From NCBI RefSeq assembly GCF_004010195.1, contig NC_057718.1, positions 31,770,204-31,834,203 on the forward strand: a stretch of DNA of 64,000 nucleotides. The letters are read 5' to 3'. Each line of letters starts with the position of its first letter. Position 1 is the stretch's first letter. The notes below the pieces were generated by a model, which ran no database searches, was not told the DNA's origin, and worked only from the letters and a program-made list of their open reading frames with translations. A program made the translations under genes and the position numbers. Source of the DNA: Chiloscyllium plagiosum (taxonomy: Eukaryota). Below, piece after piece: positions 24,560 to 37,220 of this stretch.

Positions 24560-25597
24560 TGCCATGAAGCCAGCCCAGCATAACCATAGTCAAAGGAATT
24601 GAGAGAAAACACTGTTGCTTGGATGCACAAAAGATGATGGTTTGGTTGGTGGAGGAATGTTACCACTGCACCACATGCTCATAGTTCCTCAGGGTACTAT
24701 CCTAAGCCAACCATTTTCAACTGTTTCAAAGACTTCCTTTCCTTCACAAAGTCAGAAGTGGGGATGTTTACTGATGATTGAATAATGTTTAGCACAATTT
24801 GCAGCAAAACATAGACAACAGTCAGACTTGCGCTGAAATACGGAAAGTAACATTTGAGTCAGACAATAACTATTTCCAAAAACAGAAATTCCAACCATCA
24901 TTCTTTGACTTTAATGGCATTACCATAACTGGAAACCCCCACTATCAACATCTGGGAGTTTACTATTGTTCAGAAACTGGACTGGACCAGCTATATAAAC
25001 ATTGTGACTACAAGAGCAGATCATAGGCTATGAATTTTGTGGCAAACAATTTATCTCCTGTTTCCCTGACATCTTTCTAACATCTCTAAGACTCATGTCA
25101 AGTGAGAGATGGAATATTATCCACTTGCCTGTTGGGTGCGGCCACAGGAACACTGAAGCAGCTTGACAACTTCTCGCATAAAACTGCCCACCTGACTGGC
25201 ACCACGTGCATTACCTTCAATGTTCACTCCCATCACAACAATGCTCAATTGCAGCTGCTTGTGCCATCTAGAAGATCCACCACAGTAACACACAAAGCTA
25301 TTTCTACAGTACCTTCCAAACCTGAAACCTCTGCCACATTAAATGATAAGGGCAGCATGGGAACATTACCAGCTCTACACTCCCCTTCAAGTCAGACACC
25401 ATCATGAGTTGATCATATATTTCCATTGTTTCCACTGTAGTTGGATTAAAATCTCGAACTCCCTCCATAATAACACTGAGTATATGCCTCACTTCAAGGA
25501 TTGCAGTAATTCAAGAAGACAGTTCACAATTGCTCTCTTCAGGGCCATGAGCAATAAATTCTGGCCTTGCCAGCAATGTCCACCACCCTTGAACGAA
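24560..25597 (+). mobile_element. CR1/L2-group LINE 3' portion (second elasmobranch family)
   Basis: VPQGTIL..MFTDD-like RT remnant at 24680-24780. The 3' region is homologous to 34020-35340, 42850-43150 and 63560-64000. Confidence 0.7.
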
Positions 25598-26100
25598 TAT
25601 GATGATGCCTTCAGGTCATCTTCAGAAAGTGTCCGCTTATACAATGTAACTGAGCCTTGCTTGCCCAAGATCAAAGACAAAGTTACACCAAGTCATCAGA
25701 CTGCACTAACATTCCATACCGAGGAGCACTTTCAGCAGCAAGTGGACAGATTCTTTTCTGCCTGTGTAGTTTGGTTTGATGATTAGCATCAGGAAGACAT
25801 GTCCATAGCTCAGATCATAACCTGTTAGCATTGACAATGTAAAACTTGGACAATGTTGATAGCTTCACATATCTAAACTCTATAACTATTAGCAATCTAT
25901 CACTTGATGCTGAAATCAAACTGCATTATAAAATCTCTAGGTGTTAAGGCCAAACTGAGGGAGAGTGAGAGACAAAACCATGAGTCCACAAAGCCTGTAT
26001 CCTCAGTGCGCATTTCTATAGAGGTGAAACCAAAACAACCAATATTCAGCTTGAGAAAAGGATGGATAGTTTCCATCCCTGCTATCTCTAACATTTATTG

Positions 26101-27229
26101 GGAAGTGATTAGCGATAGTCAACATGGCTTTGTGAGTGGGAAATCATACCTCACAAACTTGATTGAGTTTTTTGAAGAAGTAACAAAAAGAGGATTAATG
26201 AGAGCAGAGCAGTAGATATGATCTATATAGACTTCAGTAAGGCTTTCAACAAGGTTCCCAATGGGAGACTGATTAGCAAGGTTAGATCTCATGGAATACA
26301 GGGAGAACTAGCCATTTGGATACAGCACTGGCTCAAAAGGTAGAAGACAGAGGGTGGTGGTGGAGGGTTGTTTTTCAGACTGGAGGCCTGTGACCAGTGG
26401 AGTGCCATAAAGCTCGGTGCTGGGTCCTCTACTTTTTGTCATTTGCATGAATGATTTGGATGCGAGCATAAGAGGTACAGTTAGTAAGTTTGCAGATGAC
26501 ACCAAAATTGGAGGTGTAGTGGACAGCGAAGAGGGTTACCCCAGATCTTGACCAGATGGGCCAATGGGCTGAGAAGTGGCAGATGGAATTTAATTCAGAT
26601 AAATGCGAGGTACTGCATTTTGGGAAAGCAAATCTTAGCAGGACTTATACACTTAATGGTAAGGTCCTAGGGAGGGTTGCTGAACAAGGAGACCTTGAAG
26701 TGCAGGTTCATAGCTCCTTGAAAGTGGNNNNNNNNNNNNNNNNNNNNNNNNNNNNNNNNNNNNNNNNNNNNNNNNNNNNNNNNNNNNNNNNNNNNNNNNN
26801 NNNNNNNNNNNNNNNNNNNNNNNNNNNNNNNNNNNNNNNNNNNNNNNNNNNNNNNNNNNNNNNNNNNNNNNNNNNNNNNNNNNNNNNNNNNNNNNNNNNN
26901 NNNNNNNNNNNNNNNNNNNNNNNNNNNNNNNNNNNNNNNNNNNNNNNNNNNNNNNNNNNNNNNNNNNNNNNNNNNNNNNNNNNNNNNNNNNNNNNNNNNN
27001 NNNNNNNCAGAGGGTGGTACGTGTATGGAATGAGCTGCCAGAGGATGTGGTGGAGGCTGGTACAATTGCAACATTTAAGAGGCATTTAGATGGGTATATG
27101 AATAGGAAGGGTTTGGAGGGATATGGGCTGGGTGCTGGCAGGTGGGACTAGATTGGGTTGGGATATCTGGTCGGCAAGGACGGGTTGGACCGAAGGGTCT
27201 GTTTCCATGCTGTACATCTCTATGACTCT
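26101..27229 (+). mobile_element. Young CR1 LINE (RT to 3' end), containing a gap
   Basis: DSQHGFVSGKSYLTNLIEFFEEVTK, SKFADDTKIGG, WAEKWQMEFNSDKCEVLHFG; 3' tail ctctatgactct. Confidence 0.93.
26728..27007. other. Assembly gap (N run)
   Basis: Run of N. Confidence 1.
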
Positions 27230-27459
27230 AACTCGCAGATCCTGGGGTGTACTATTCCATCAACAAACACTCATGCTAAACCAACAATGTCAGCACTGGC
27301 CCAGTTACTTTCATCAGGCAGATGAGAGCTGTGTAGCCTCCAGGTAGGAATGGCAACTGGCTTACAAACAATGATGTCCATACTTCCACTACAACCATAC
27401 CTGGGAGGGAGATAGGAAGATAATGGAGCAAAATCTAAAAGAACAGAGACACTTTAAAA

Positions 27460-27913
27460 TAGAAACAAAACAAATTTCTCAAAATAGTCATCCGGTCTGG
27501 GAGCATCTGTGGCAAAAAATCAGAGTTAATGTTTCAGGTCCAGCAACCCTTCTTCAGAACTGATCGTAGCTAGGAAAAAAGAAAAGGCAAGTGAAGGGGG
27601 AAGAGAGTAAATGATAGGTGGAATTGAACCCCAGATAAAGTGCCCCTATTAGTAGCATTACATTCTTCCAGGCGGACTTTTCCAGATTCTTTTTTCTGCC
27701 CAACTGATTTGTTCTCTCTCTATCTGGACTCCATCTCCACCTATTGCTCATTCTTTCCTCGTTCCCCCAACCCCTTCTCGAGCATATGTGTCAACCTTTT
27801 CTGTGCCACAGTCAGTTCTGAAGAAGGGTCACTGGAACCAAAACGTTAACTTTGCTTTCTCTCCACAGATGCTGCCAGACTGCTGAGTTTTTCCAGCAAT
27901 TTCTGATTTTGTT
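27460..27913 (+). mobile_element. Penelope-like family C terminal repeat with inverted 5' copy
   Basis: About 27460-27650 is an inverted copy of about 27720-27913. Hammerhead-like cores at about 27524-27561 (-) and 27814-27851 (+). Confidence 0.75.
27814..27851 (+). ncRNA. Hammerhead-like motif (family C), with a core substitution
   Basis: AGTT-CTGAAGA-A-gggtcactggaacc-(a)AA-ACGT-T-AACT: stem I AGTT/AACT and palindromic ACGT. G12 appears mutated to A. Confidence 0.55.
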
Positions 27914-29280
27914 TATGAAGATAATGGATATTGAAACCGACAACTGGGAGTCAGTTGATGAAGACCTTGACACGTGGAGTTTCACCGTTTGGAAGGGCAT
28001 TGGGAGAAGGAGGGCAAAAATGACAAATTCAGCAGGCCGAGAAGAGGGGCCAGGGAAAACTGCGCGTTCATTCCCAGTCCACGATCTTCCTCCACAGCAA
28101 ACATAGTAGAAACTGTTATGCCAGGTTGGTCTCCAGAGTTACCCAAGCTGACACTGAGCACAGAATTGACAATGTGTGCAAACCAACATGAGTAATGAGT
28201 TAGAAGGCTGTCACACAGACCTCTGGGCTATGAATCCATTTGGATGCCTTTTTTAAAAGTATAGTTTGAACAAATTACTTTGTAATTGTACAATTTGCCC
28301 TTAGTGACTGCTACCAATAGTATGATTTGGTCTCAGGTGGGACCCACTGCTTGAACTACTTGTCTACAGCAGCATTTTACAATTCACTACCCTTAAGGAA
28401 ACTTGCTATTAGAAACTTTATCTAGAAGGTCAGCTCAGAAGATGAAAGTCAAAAATATCCGGGTGTGGTAGAAAATGCTGCAAATAGAAAATACAATTCA
28501 CGAGCACCCTACTTCGATAAGGATTTAGTTTCAGTATAAATTACAGAAATGAATCATGTTATAAACAATTCAAAATCTCTCCAACCAAGAAAATTTGCAA
28601 CCTACTCATAAATATTAATTCAAATAACATTAATGTGTGCATCACTAATGGTGCATTTGGGTAGGCTACTCACCTTGGCAGAGAAGAAAGGAACTATTTC
28701 CTGAATCTTAAAACAAAATGTGATGACAATTTTACTTTGATATCCTATGGCAATGGTACACCATTTTATAACTGACGAACCATCACTACTCAAACCCATT
28801 GAATGACAATGATAATATTTAAACATACATGTTAGCTCACCAAAACTTAAACATAAGTAATGATGGAATACCATGAAAATAATGCTGTGAATGATGCAAG
28901 CACAGGGTTTTTATATGCATGGGATCAATATCCGGTACCAGTTTACACAAAGCACTGAAACACATCACTGTAATGATGTCGAAAGGAAAAGGCTATGAGG
29001 ATTGTGTTACAGGGCAAATCTGATGGCTTTTTAACAGACTGTAAAAGGTAGCTGCAGCTATTTCTGAGAGTCTGGATCATTTATGGTAAAACCTACTGAG
29101 GAGGACAAAAAAAGCTTTAGAACATTTATTGGCCATTTGGTTGACTGTGCAAATCTTATAAAAATCGTTGAAAACTGGCAGATGTTTAATTATAAAGCCA
29201 TGCTCCAAAAGTGTCCATTTTATTATAGCAGCTGATGGTGAAGCAGATTGCCTTCACAAAACAGATCATGGATATCTTAC

Positions 29281-29363
29281 CTGGTACATTCCAACTCCAA
29301 TGTGTTTTGGCTCAATTTTCACCAACTCAGCTAGTGGATCCTGAACACGCCTTGCTATGGAGA
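29281..29363 (-). CDS. SRBD1: SRBD1 next internal coding exon (83 bp)
   Basis: Minus strand tctttag|TC TCC ATA GCA AGG CGT GTT CAG GAT CCA CTA GCT GAG TTG GTG AAA ATT GAG CCA AAA CAC ATT GGA GTT GGA ATG TAC CAG|gtaag = (V)[27 protein letters not shown], a hallmark Tex/SRBD1 motif. Phase is compatible with the upstream exon (G+TC = Val). Confidence 0.96.
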
Positions 29364-29974
29364 CTAAAGAAAAATAAACAGGAAACACGTTACTGATAAA
29401 ACTCAGCTTGCAATTCACAATGTCCAAATTATCCTTCAGCTTCATTTCAAATTTTTATAAAGATACTACATCAAAGTGAGCATGGTTTAACAAAGAGGAC
29501 CTTCACTAAAATTCTCTTTCGAATTCATGAATGAGGAATGCATTGAATTGGATAATTGCACAGTTTGCACTGACAAAACCACCCTGTAATAACTTAAAAC
29601 TTAGCACGTTTTGCTAACATTTAAGCTTCAATGTGTTCAGTTAGATCACTACATCTACATTTGCCTCAACTACTCTTAGTGATAGCACATTCCAATCACT
29701 TTTTAGATAAAGAAGTTTCCCATGAATTTCCAATTGCATTTAATAATGATCATTCCACATTTATGACAAAAACAGAAGTTGCTGAAGTAGTTCAGCAGGT
29801 CTGGCAGCATCTGTGAAGAGAAGTAAAAGTTAACGTTTAAGATCTGGTGCATTCCTCAGAAACACATTTATGACACCCAGTTTTGAACTGCCCAAAATTA
29901 TAATATTTTAAAATACATTCACCTGATCAAAGCTTTTCATTACCTTAAAGACCATTAACAGAAGATTGCAAGAG

Positions 29975-31690
29975 TTTTTTTTTTTAAGATGTCTAAAAAG
30001 GAAGAGAGAGGCAAGCGTGGATATTGGACTGCTGGAAAATAAGGCTGTAGAAGTAGTAATGGGGAACAAAGAAATGGGGGAGGAACTGAACAGGTACTTT
30101 ACATCAGTTTGCACAGTAGAAGACGCCAGCAGCAAACCAGAACTTCATGATGGTTAGGGACAGAAGTAAGTGTAATGGTCGCCAATAAAAAGAAAATGCT
30201 GGGGAAGCTGAAAGGTCTGAAGGTGGACTACACCCCAGAGATCTGAAGGAGATGGCTGAGAAGATTGTAGATGCATTGGTGGTGATTTTTCAGGAATCAC
30301 TGGAGTCAGGGAGGCTGCCAGAGGACTGGGAAACATCGAATCTAACACCTGTTTAGGAAGGGAAGGAGGCACAAGACAGTAAACTATAGGCTGGTTAGCC
30401 TGACCTGTCATTGGTAAGATTTTAAAGCCCATTATTAAGGTTGAGATTGCGGGATACTTGGATGTGTATGGTAAAATAGGGCTGAGTTGGTTTGGCTTTG
30501 TCAAGGGGAGGTCATGCTTGACAAATCTGTTAGAATTCTTTGCGGAGGTAACAACTAAGTTAGATGAAGGCGATCTAATGGACGCCAGCTATGTAAATTT
30601 CTAGAAGACCTATGATAAGGTATTGCACAGGAGGCTGCCAAATAAGATGAGAGCCTGGTGTTAAGGGCAAGGTACTGACATAGATTGAAAGTTGGCTGAC
30701 TGGTAGAAGGCAGAGAGTAGGGATAAAGGGATATTTTTCAGGATGGCAGCTGGTGACTGGTGGAGTTCAACAGGGGTTGGGACCACAACCACACATTAAC
30801 AATCAGGACAAAGCAACTGAGAGCACTGTTGCTAAATTTGCAGATGACGTAAAGATAGTTGGAGGGACAGACAATGTTATGGAAGTGGGAGGTTGCAGAA
30901 GGACATGGACAGGCTCTGAGAGACTGCCAAAGAAGTGGCAGGTGAAATATTGCTTTCTAAATTGTGAAAAGCTTCAGAAATCTGAAAGACTTGGCAGCTC
31001 TAGTTCTGGATTCTCAAAGTTAACATGAAGGTTTTGTTAGCAGGTAGGAAGGCAAAGGAAATTTTAGCATTCATTTTAAGAGGGCTGGAATACAAGATCA
31101 GAAACAAGATCAGAAGCTCTGTAAGGTTTTGGTCAGACCACATTTGGAATATTGTGATCAGTTTTGGGCCCTTTATCTAAGGAAGGATGCGCTGGTGTTG
31201 AAAGGGTCCAGAGGAGACTTACAAGAATGATCCTGGAAATGAAGTGGTGACCATATGCAGAGTGGATGAGGACTCCAGGGCTGTAATTGATGGCGATAAG
31301 AAGGATGAAGGAGGATCTCATCCTGAAACTTACAGAATACTGAGGGGCCTGAGTGGACGTGGAAATGATGTTTCCACAAGTCGAAGAGATTTGGACCCAA
31401 AGGCACAGCTTCAGAAGGAAGGGATGACTCTTTAGAACGGAGATGAGGAGGAATATCTTCAATGATAGAATGGTGAACCTGTGAAACTCATAGATGGAGA
31501 GGGCTATGGAGAACAAATCATTGAATACGTTTAAGACAGAGACGGGTAGGTTTTCGATTGGTGTGGGGATCAATGATTACAGGGGGAGGCAGGAGAATAC
31601 AGTCCGAGAAACATACAAGCCATGATCAATTGGTGGAGAAGACTCGACAAGCCGAATGGCCAATTTCTGCTCCTAATGACTTATGGTGCA
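29975..31690 (+). mobile_element. Older CR1 LINE, ORF2 remnant to 3' end
   Basis: GVQQGLGP..AKFADDVKIVGG and GRSCLTNLLEFFAEVT-like remnants with many stops. Confidence 0.85.
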
Positions 31691-31883
31691 ATGGGACAAG
31701 GAAATAGCCATCATTTTTCCCCAAGAGAAATGAGGCCCAGCACTGATAATTGCATCCTTGTACTTCTTGTGACACCTTCATGTACCTTTTCCTAATTTAT
31801 CTAATTTATGTATCCATAATTAATACACCCAGATCCCTCTGCATGTCTATTCCATGGAGACTCCAAACAATGGATCATTATTC

Positions 31884-32240
31884 ATAGAATCACAGAATTC
31901 CTACAGCATGGAAAATGCCATTTCTTGGCCCATCAAGTCTACACCAACACTTTGAAGAGTATCCCAGCCAAACCGAGGTCCCTATCCAACTCTCTAACTC
32001 AATGCTGCTTTTATCTAGCCAATCACCTAGCCTGCACATCCCTGGACACAGAGGCAATTTGGCATGGCCGATCCACCTAACCAGCATATCTTTCGATTGT
32101 GGGAGGAAACCAGAATACCTGGAGGAAATCCACACAGACATAGGGAGAACGTGCAACTTCATGCAGACATTTACCTCTCAAGACTGGGTCGCTGGTACTG
32201 TTAGGGATCAGTGCTAGCTACTGAGCCACCATGTCACCCT
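31884..32240 (-). mobile_element. V-SINE (HE1-like), older copy
   Basis: Reverse complement of the SINE at 23336 (gggaggaaaccagaatacctggaggaaatccacacagaca...ctgagccacc). Confidence 0.85.
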
Positions 32241-34019
32241 ATTCTTCCTACCAAAATGCACTTCTTATTTATCTATATTCAAAGTAATTTCCCAATCATA
32301 AACTTATTAAATAATGTTGTTCATGTCTTCCAGTATTTTGTTGCATTTTTCTGGGAATTAACTAAAATTGCCAAATTGGCGTTGCCATAACAGGCCCTAG
32401 CTGAACCCAAACTGAATGTCAGTGAGCAGACTATTGCTGAACAAGCGCTGCTTCACAACATCGTTGACGAACTCTTCCTGCACTTTGCTGATTATTAGAA
32501 ACACACTGACAGTGAGGATTGGCATGCATAACCTCACATTTTCAATTGAATTCCATATGCCGCTGTTCTGCCATTCAGCCAAACTACTGATATTGTTCTA
32601 TAATGGACAGCTATCTGCTTCACCCTCAACTGCCACGTGAAAACTACCTGGTCAATTATTGCATTGCCAGCAAATAAGCACAGCCAGTGACCCAACATTG
32701 AGATTGTGATAACACCAATAGAAATGACTTTCTATCCATCAGTTGATAGCTATTGTTTGCTGTAGCAAAGGCAATTTTGGATCCAATGTGCCACATTCTC
32801 TGGTATCTCATTTGCAATCGTTCTTTTTTCTTACTGGTGTATCATTTGAGACCTTGTAAAATGGCTCACTAAAATCCACATAGACAGCATGCACTGAACC
32901 ATTCTTGTGGCTCAGCGTTTATGCCCCTACTGCTGAACCAGGAGGTCCAAGTTCAAGTCCCACCTGCTCCAGACATGCATCATAACATGTCTGAACTCTT
33001 AATACAAATATCTACAATGTACAAGACCACCAATTCTCTAGAACCTTACTCTTAATTAGTAAAGATCTCAGCATCTCTTATTTCTTCACTGGCTTCCTTT
33101 AACAGTCTGGCGCAATTCATCTGGCCCAGGTGATTTGCCACTTCGAGGAGGTTAGTCCCTCCAGTACTTCCCGTCTCAGCACAGTTATTTTATCTAATAT
33201 TTAACATACTTTCTCTTAAAGTAGGAAGTCTGCATGATCCCTCTCCATGTGAAGACAAAGACAAAGTTTTCAGAAGGAACTGTGCCCACATCTTCTGCAT
33301 TCATGCACAAGTTAGCATGTGTACCTCTGATTGGCCCTATCCTTTTCTTAGTAATTATTTAGTTCTTAATGCATTTATAAAATATCTTTGGATTTTCCTT
33401 AATTTCACCAAGCAATTTATTTTTGTATCCATGCTTTACTTTCCTAATTTCCTTTTACATTTCATCCTGTACTCAAAGCTTGTGAAAATATTACTTTTTT
33501 CAGATACTCTAAGATTGCCATTTTATTTTTCTGCTTTATTATAGCCCCTGTGCTTCTAGATAACAAAGACACTAGAGATTTGGCAGTGCCACACATTTTC
33601 TTTGCGGGGACAGTTTACAATGTCCTTACTGAATCTCACTTTAGATTTGCAACTGACTTTCTTTCTAGCAGCAGTAGCGAGGCCATTTCTGCTAGATCAT
33701 CTCAGCTTTGTAAAGTTTGCTTTTCCTCAATTCAGAATCTTTACTGCTGCTCTCTGTTGCTTTCCAAAGAAATACTTAATCTATGATTAATTGTATTATC
33801 ACCAACTCCATTATAGTCATCCAGTGCTACTCAGCAACCTGCCCAGAATCAATTTCTGAGATTAAATCTATCAGCTTGTGATTGACAGAGCTAAGTCAAC
33901 ATAACAGATCTAATTTCTGCTGTCCTGCTGCATTCAGTCATGCATGGCCCAGGTCAATTAAACATATCACTGACTTGACAAGTATTCCCATTTTCAATGA
34001 TAAAGCACCTCAGCACGTC

Positions 34020-35340
34020 AGTGCAAAAAGATGAGACTGAAGTACATGCAACAACCTTTAGCCACTTTAGTGGGTGATCTCAGTCTCAGTCTCCTTCAGG
34101 GGGCCGCAGCATCACAGATGCCACTCTTCAGCCAATTCATTCCATGTGATATCAAGAAACAGCTGAAGTTATTGTGAAGGCAATGAGCCTTGATAATATC
34201 TGGCAATAGCTCTGAAGACTTGCACTCTCGAACCTACCAAGGTGTTTCATTTCAGCTTCAATAGTAATATCTACCCAGCAATGTGCAAATTGCGCAGGTA
34301 CATTATGTACATAAAAAGCAGGACAAAATCACCCTGGCCAATTACTGCCCCATTAATCTACTCGCAGTAATCAAAAACACTTGTTTAGCAATATTCTGCT
34401 CACTGACAGTTTGAATTCTGGCAGATCCACTAAGTTTCCAACCTCTTTACAACCTTGGTACAACATTGACAAAAGTGCTGAACTCAAAGTGAGGTGAGAG
34501 TGATTGCCCCTGACATCAAGATCATATTTGACCGAGTGTGGTATCAAGGGGCCCGATCAAAAATCAGCAAGAAAACCTGCCACTAGTTGGAGTTATACAC
34601 AGTATAAAAGGAAGATACCTGGGGCTGTTGTCAGTCACCCCAGCTGCAGGAAATCACTGGAGGAGTTGGTCAGGGTATTGCCCTTGGTCCATCCATCTTG
34701 AGGTGCTTCATCACTCACACTTGTTTCATTGTAAGGTCAGAAGTGGGATGCATGCTAATGAATACACAATGTGCAGCACCATCACAACTCCTCAGATACT
34801 GAGACAGACCATGTTCAAATGCAGCAAGAGTTGGACAAGATCCAAGCGTGGGCTGACAAGTGGCACTTGTAAGGTTCACATGACAAATGCCAGGCAATGA
34901 ATATATCTAATAAGGCAGAACCTAATAGTCAACCCCTTGATTTTTAATGATATCAAAATCCTCAGGGTTACGGTTGACGAGAAACTGAACTAGACTAGCC
35001 ATATGAATATTGTAGCTATAAGAGCAGGTCAGACGTTCAGAATCCTGCAGCAAGTAAGTCACCTCGAGACTTGCCAAACTCAGACAGAATACTCTCCATT
35101 TGTCTGAATGCAGCTCCAAAAACATTCAAGCAGCTCAACAGATATGGCAAATCAGCCAGCTTTATTGGCACCACATCCAGAAATATTCACTCCTTCCATC
35201 CACAATTCATAGCAGCAGCAGTGTGTACCACCTATGAAATGTTCTGCAGAAATTCACTAAGGTTCCTTCAACAACACCTTTGAAACTCAAGACCACTACC
35301 ATCTAGAAGTACAAGGGCATCAGATACACGGAAATACTGA
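34020..35340 (+). mobile_element. CR1/L2-group LINE RT-to-3' fragment
   Basis: VHKKQDK...NYCPINLL and VIALDIK..FDRVW-like remnants; homologous to 24560-25597. Confidence 0.7.
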
Positions 35341-35349
35341 CACTGCACA

Positions 35350-36252
35350 AGTTGGGATAAAGGGGACAGTTTCGGATGGCAAACGTATGACTAGTGGACT
35401 GCTACAGGTATCAAGGCTGGAGGGGCCACAATTATTTACAATTGTATTAATGACTTGGATGATGGAAGTGAATGCACTATAGCCAAGCTTGCAGGTAATA
35501 GGAGGGAAGTCAAGTAGTGAGGGTATCTGCAGAGAAATATAGATAGGTTAAGCAAGTTGACAAAAACTTGGCAAATGGAATACAACACGGGAAAATGAGA
35601 GGTTACAAACATTGACAAAAGAGCTGAATATTAGTTAAATACAGAATGCAGAAAGCTGCAGCACACAGGGATTTGGGGGTCTTAGTGCATGAATCACAAA
35701 GAGCTAGCATCCAGATTTAGCAGGTTATAGGGAAGGCAAATAGAATGTGGACTTTATTTCAAAGGGAATGGAGTATAAAATAGCAAGGTCTTGCTGAAAC
35801 TATACAAGGCACCAGTTAGTTTCATAAGGTTGGTCCTAGGAATGGAGGGATTATGACGCAAGGTTGAGTAGGTTGGGCATGTATTCATTTTTTTTTTAAA
35901 AAGGAGAACGAGAGGCAATTTTATTGAGCTTTACAAGATTCTTAGGGAGCTTGACAGGCTAGGTGCAGAGAGATTATTACTATCCTAGATAAGAGAAAAC
36001 AATCTCAGAGTAAGAAGTCGCCCATTTAAGATGAGGGGGATTTTTCTTCTCAATAGGTGGTGAATCTGCAGAATTCTTTACCAAAGAGGGTTATTGAGGC
36101 TGGGTCATTAAGGTTGAGGAAGACAGTTTTCTAATCATTTTGGGAATCAAGGACTGTAAAGTGGAGTTGAAAGTTATCAGATCAATCATGATGTTTTTGT
36201 TTGTTGGATAAGATTTTATGGGCTAAATGGCCTACTTCTGCTCTTACATCTT
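35350..36252 (+). mobile_element. Older CR1 LINE 3' fragment
   Basis: GPQLFTI-INDLDDGSECTIAKLA remnant and a CR1 3' UTR (aatggcctacttctgctc). Confidence 0.75.
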
Positions 36253-36279
36253 GTGTTTTTATTATTGTCATTAAGTCAA

Positions 36280-37220
36280 CACATCAATTGCTTGCACAGC
36301 AATTTTAATTCGACAAAGTACCTTTGTGGAGTACAGAATCTTGAGGATAGATCTGACCAGATATTGGGAGAAGAATCATTCGGAAAAGTGATCTTCCAAC
36401 AAACCTTTGGAAGGGAATTCTTGAGAGTTGGAATTGAAAGTTCACTGATGAAACAGAGGAAGAGGTATACAGGGCACATGTTGAGCAAGGCTTTGGAAGG
36501 AAGAATAAACTGGGAAAAGGATTTGAAAATGATGGGAAGTCAGTGAAGCTCAGCAGTCAGGAACAATAGATGAATGCTGCTTAGTAAGGAATTCCACACA
36601 GGACAGATGAGTTGAAGTTTCTGAAGATTTTTCCAGTGTTGGTGAAATCAAATCAATAATTATAAAGATCAAGGCTTCAGCAGCAGGACAGGCGAGCTAT
36701 GAATGCAGCTGGAAAATATATATATATATAAAACAGCAATTTACTATCTCCGAATGTAGGGTTTGAAAATCATTTTGATGCCATGGGTTGAATCCATGGG
36801 TTGAATGCCATGGCTGTGCAGGAAGGAGACTAGAATCAAATGTCAAATTGCAATATTTCTGGCAAAATACAAAGGAGACAGCTTTGACTTTAAGAATGTT
36901 GAGCTGGAGAAAATATTTGTTTATCCAGAATTTTACAACGGACGAGGAATTCAAAGTTACATCAATGGCTGAGGAATCAAGCATCCTGGCAAAGGTATGC
37001 CTATATATGCCTTTGGAAGATAACTTCACAGTGACATGTCCTGACAATCAAATTTTGACAAAGTGAACAAGGGCGGAACAAGGGACAACATCAAAAAAGA
37101 CTACATGGTTAGCAAAGGAGAAATAGTTATCAGATGTGAGCCAGCTATGTTGAATGAGGTAAGAATGAATCTATGTGGATCCATTGCCAACATGGAAAAC
37201 AGTGAAAGAAACAACAGATT
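36280..37220 (-). mobile_element. Ancient L2-like LINE remnant
   Basis: Minus-strand WINKYFLQLNILK (ORF 36697-37047) resembles the L2 'WMxxNFLQLNxxK' motif. Confidence 0.55.

Larger units (their letters stand above)
24280..28170 (+). mobile_element. Ancient RTE/BovB-like LINE split by three younger insertions
   Basis: Collinear remnants: SEPFEIHS-V..QDSILAQTLLGI (about 24395, GVKQGCVLAPTLF-like); ALTFHTEEHFQQQVDRFFSAC..LDNVDSFTYL (25700-25875); MDIETDNWESVDEDLDTWSFTVWKGI (27923-28000). Confidence 0.7.

Noticed and set aside
1..29280. Further SRBD1 exons downstream (and upstream of 49321)
   Set aside because: Searched by eye for the HDV..VEECVSFVGVD and GNGTACRETE motifs and found none; they presumably lie outside the window.
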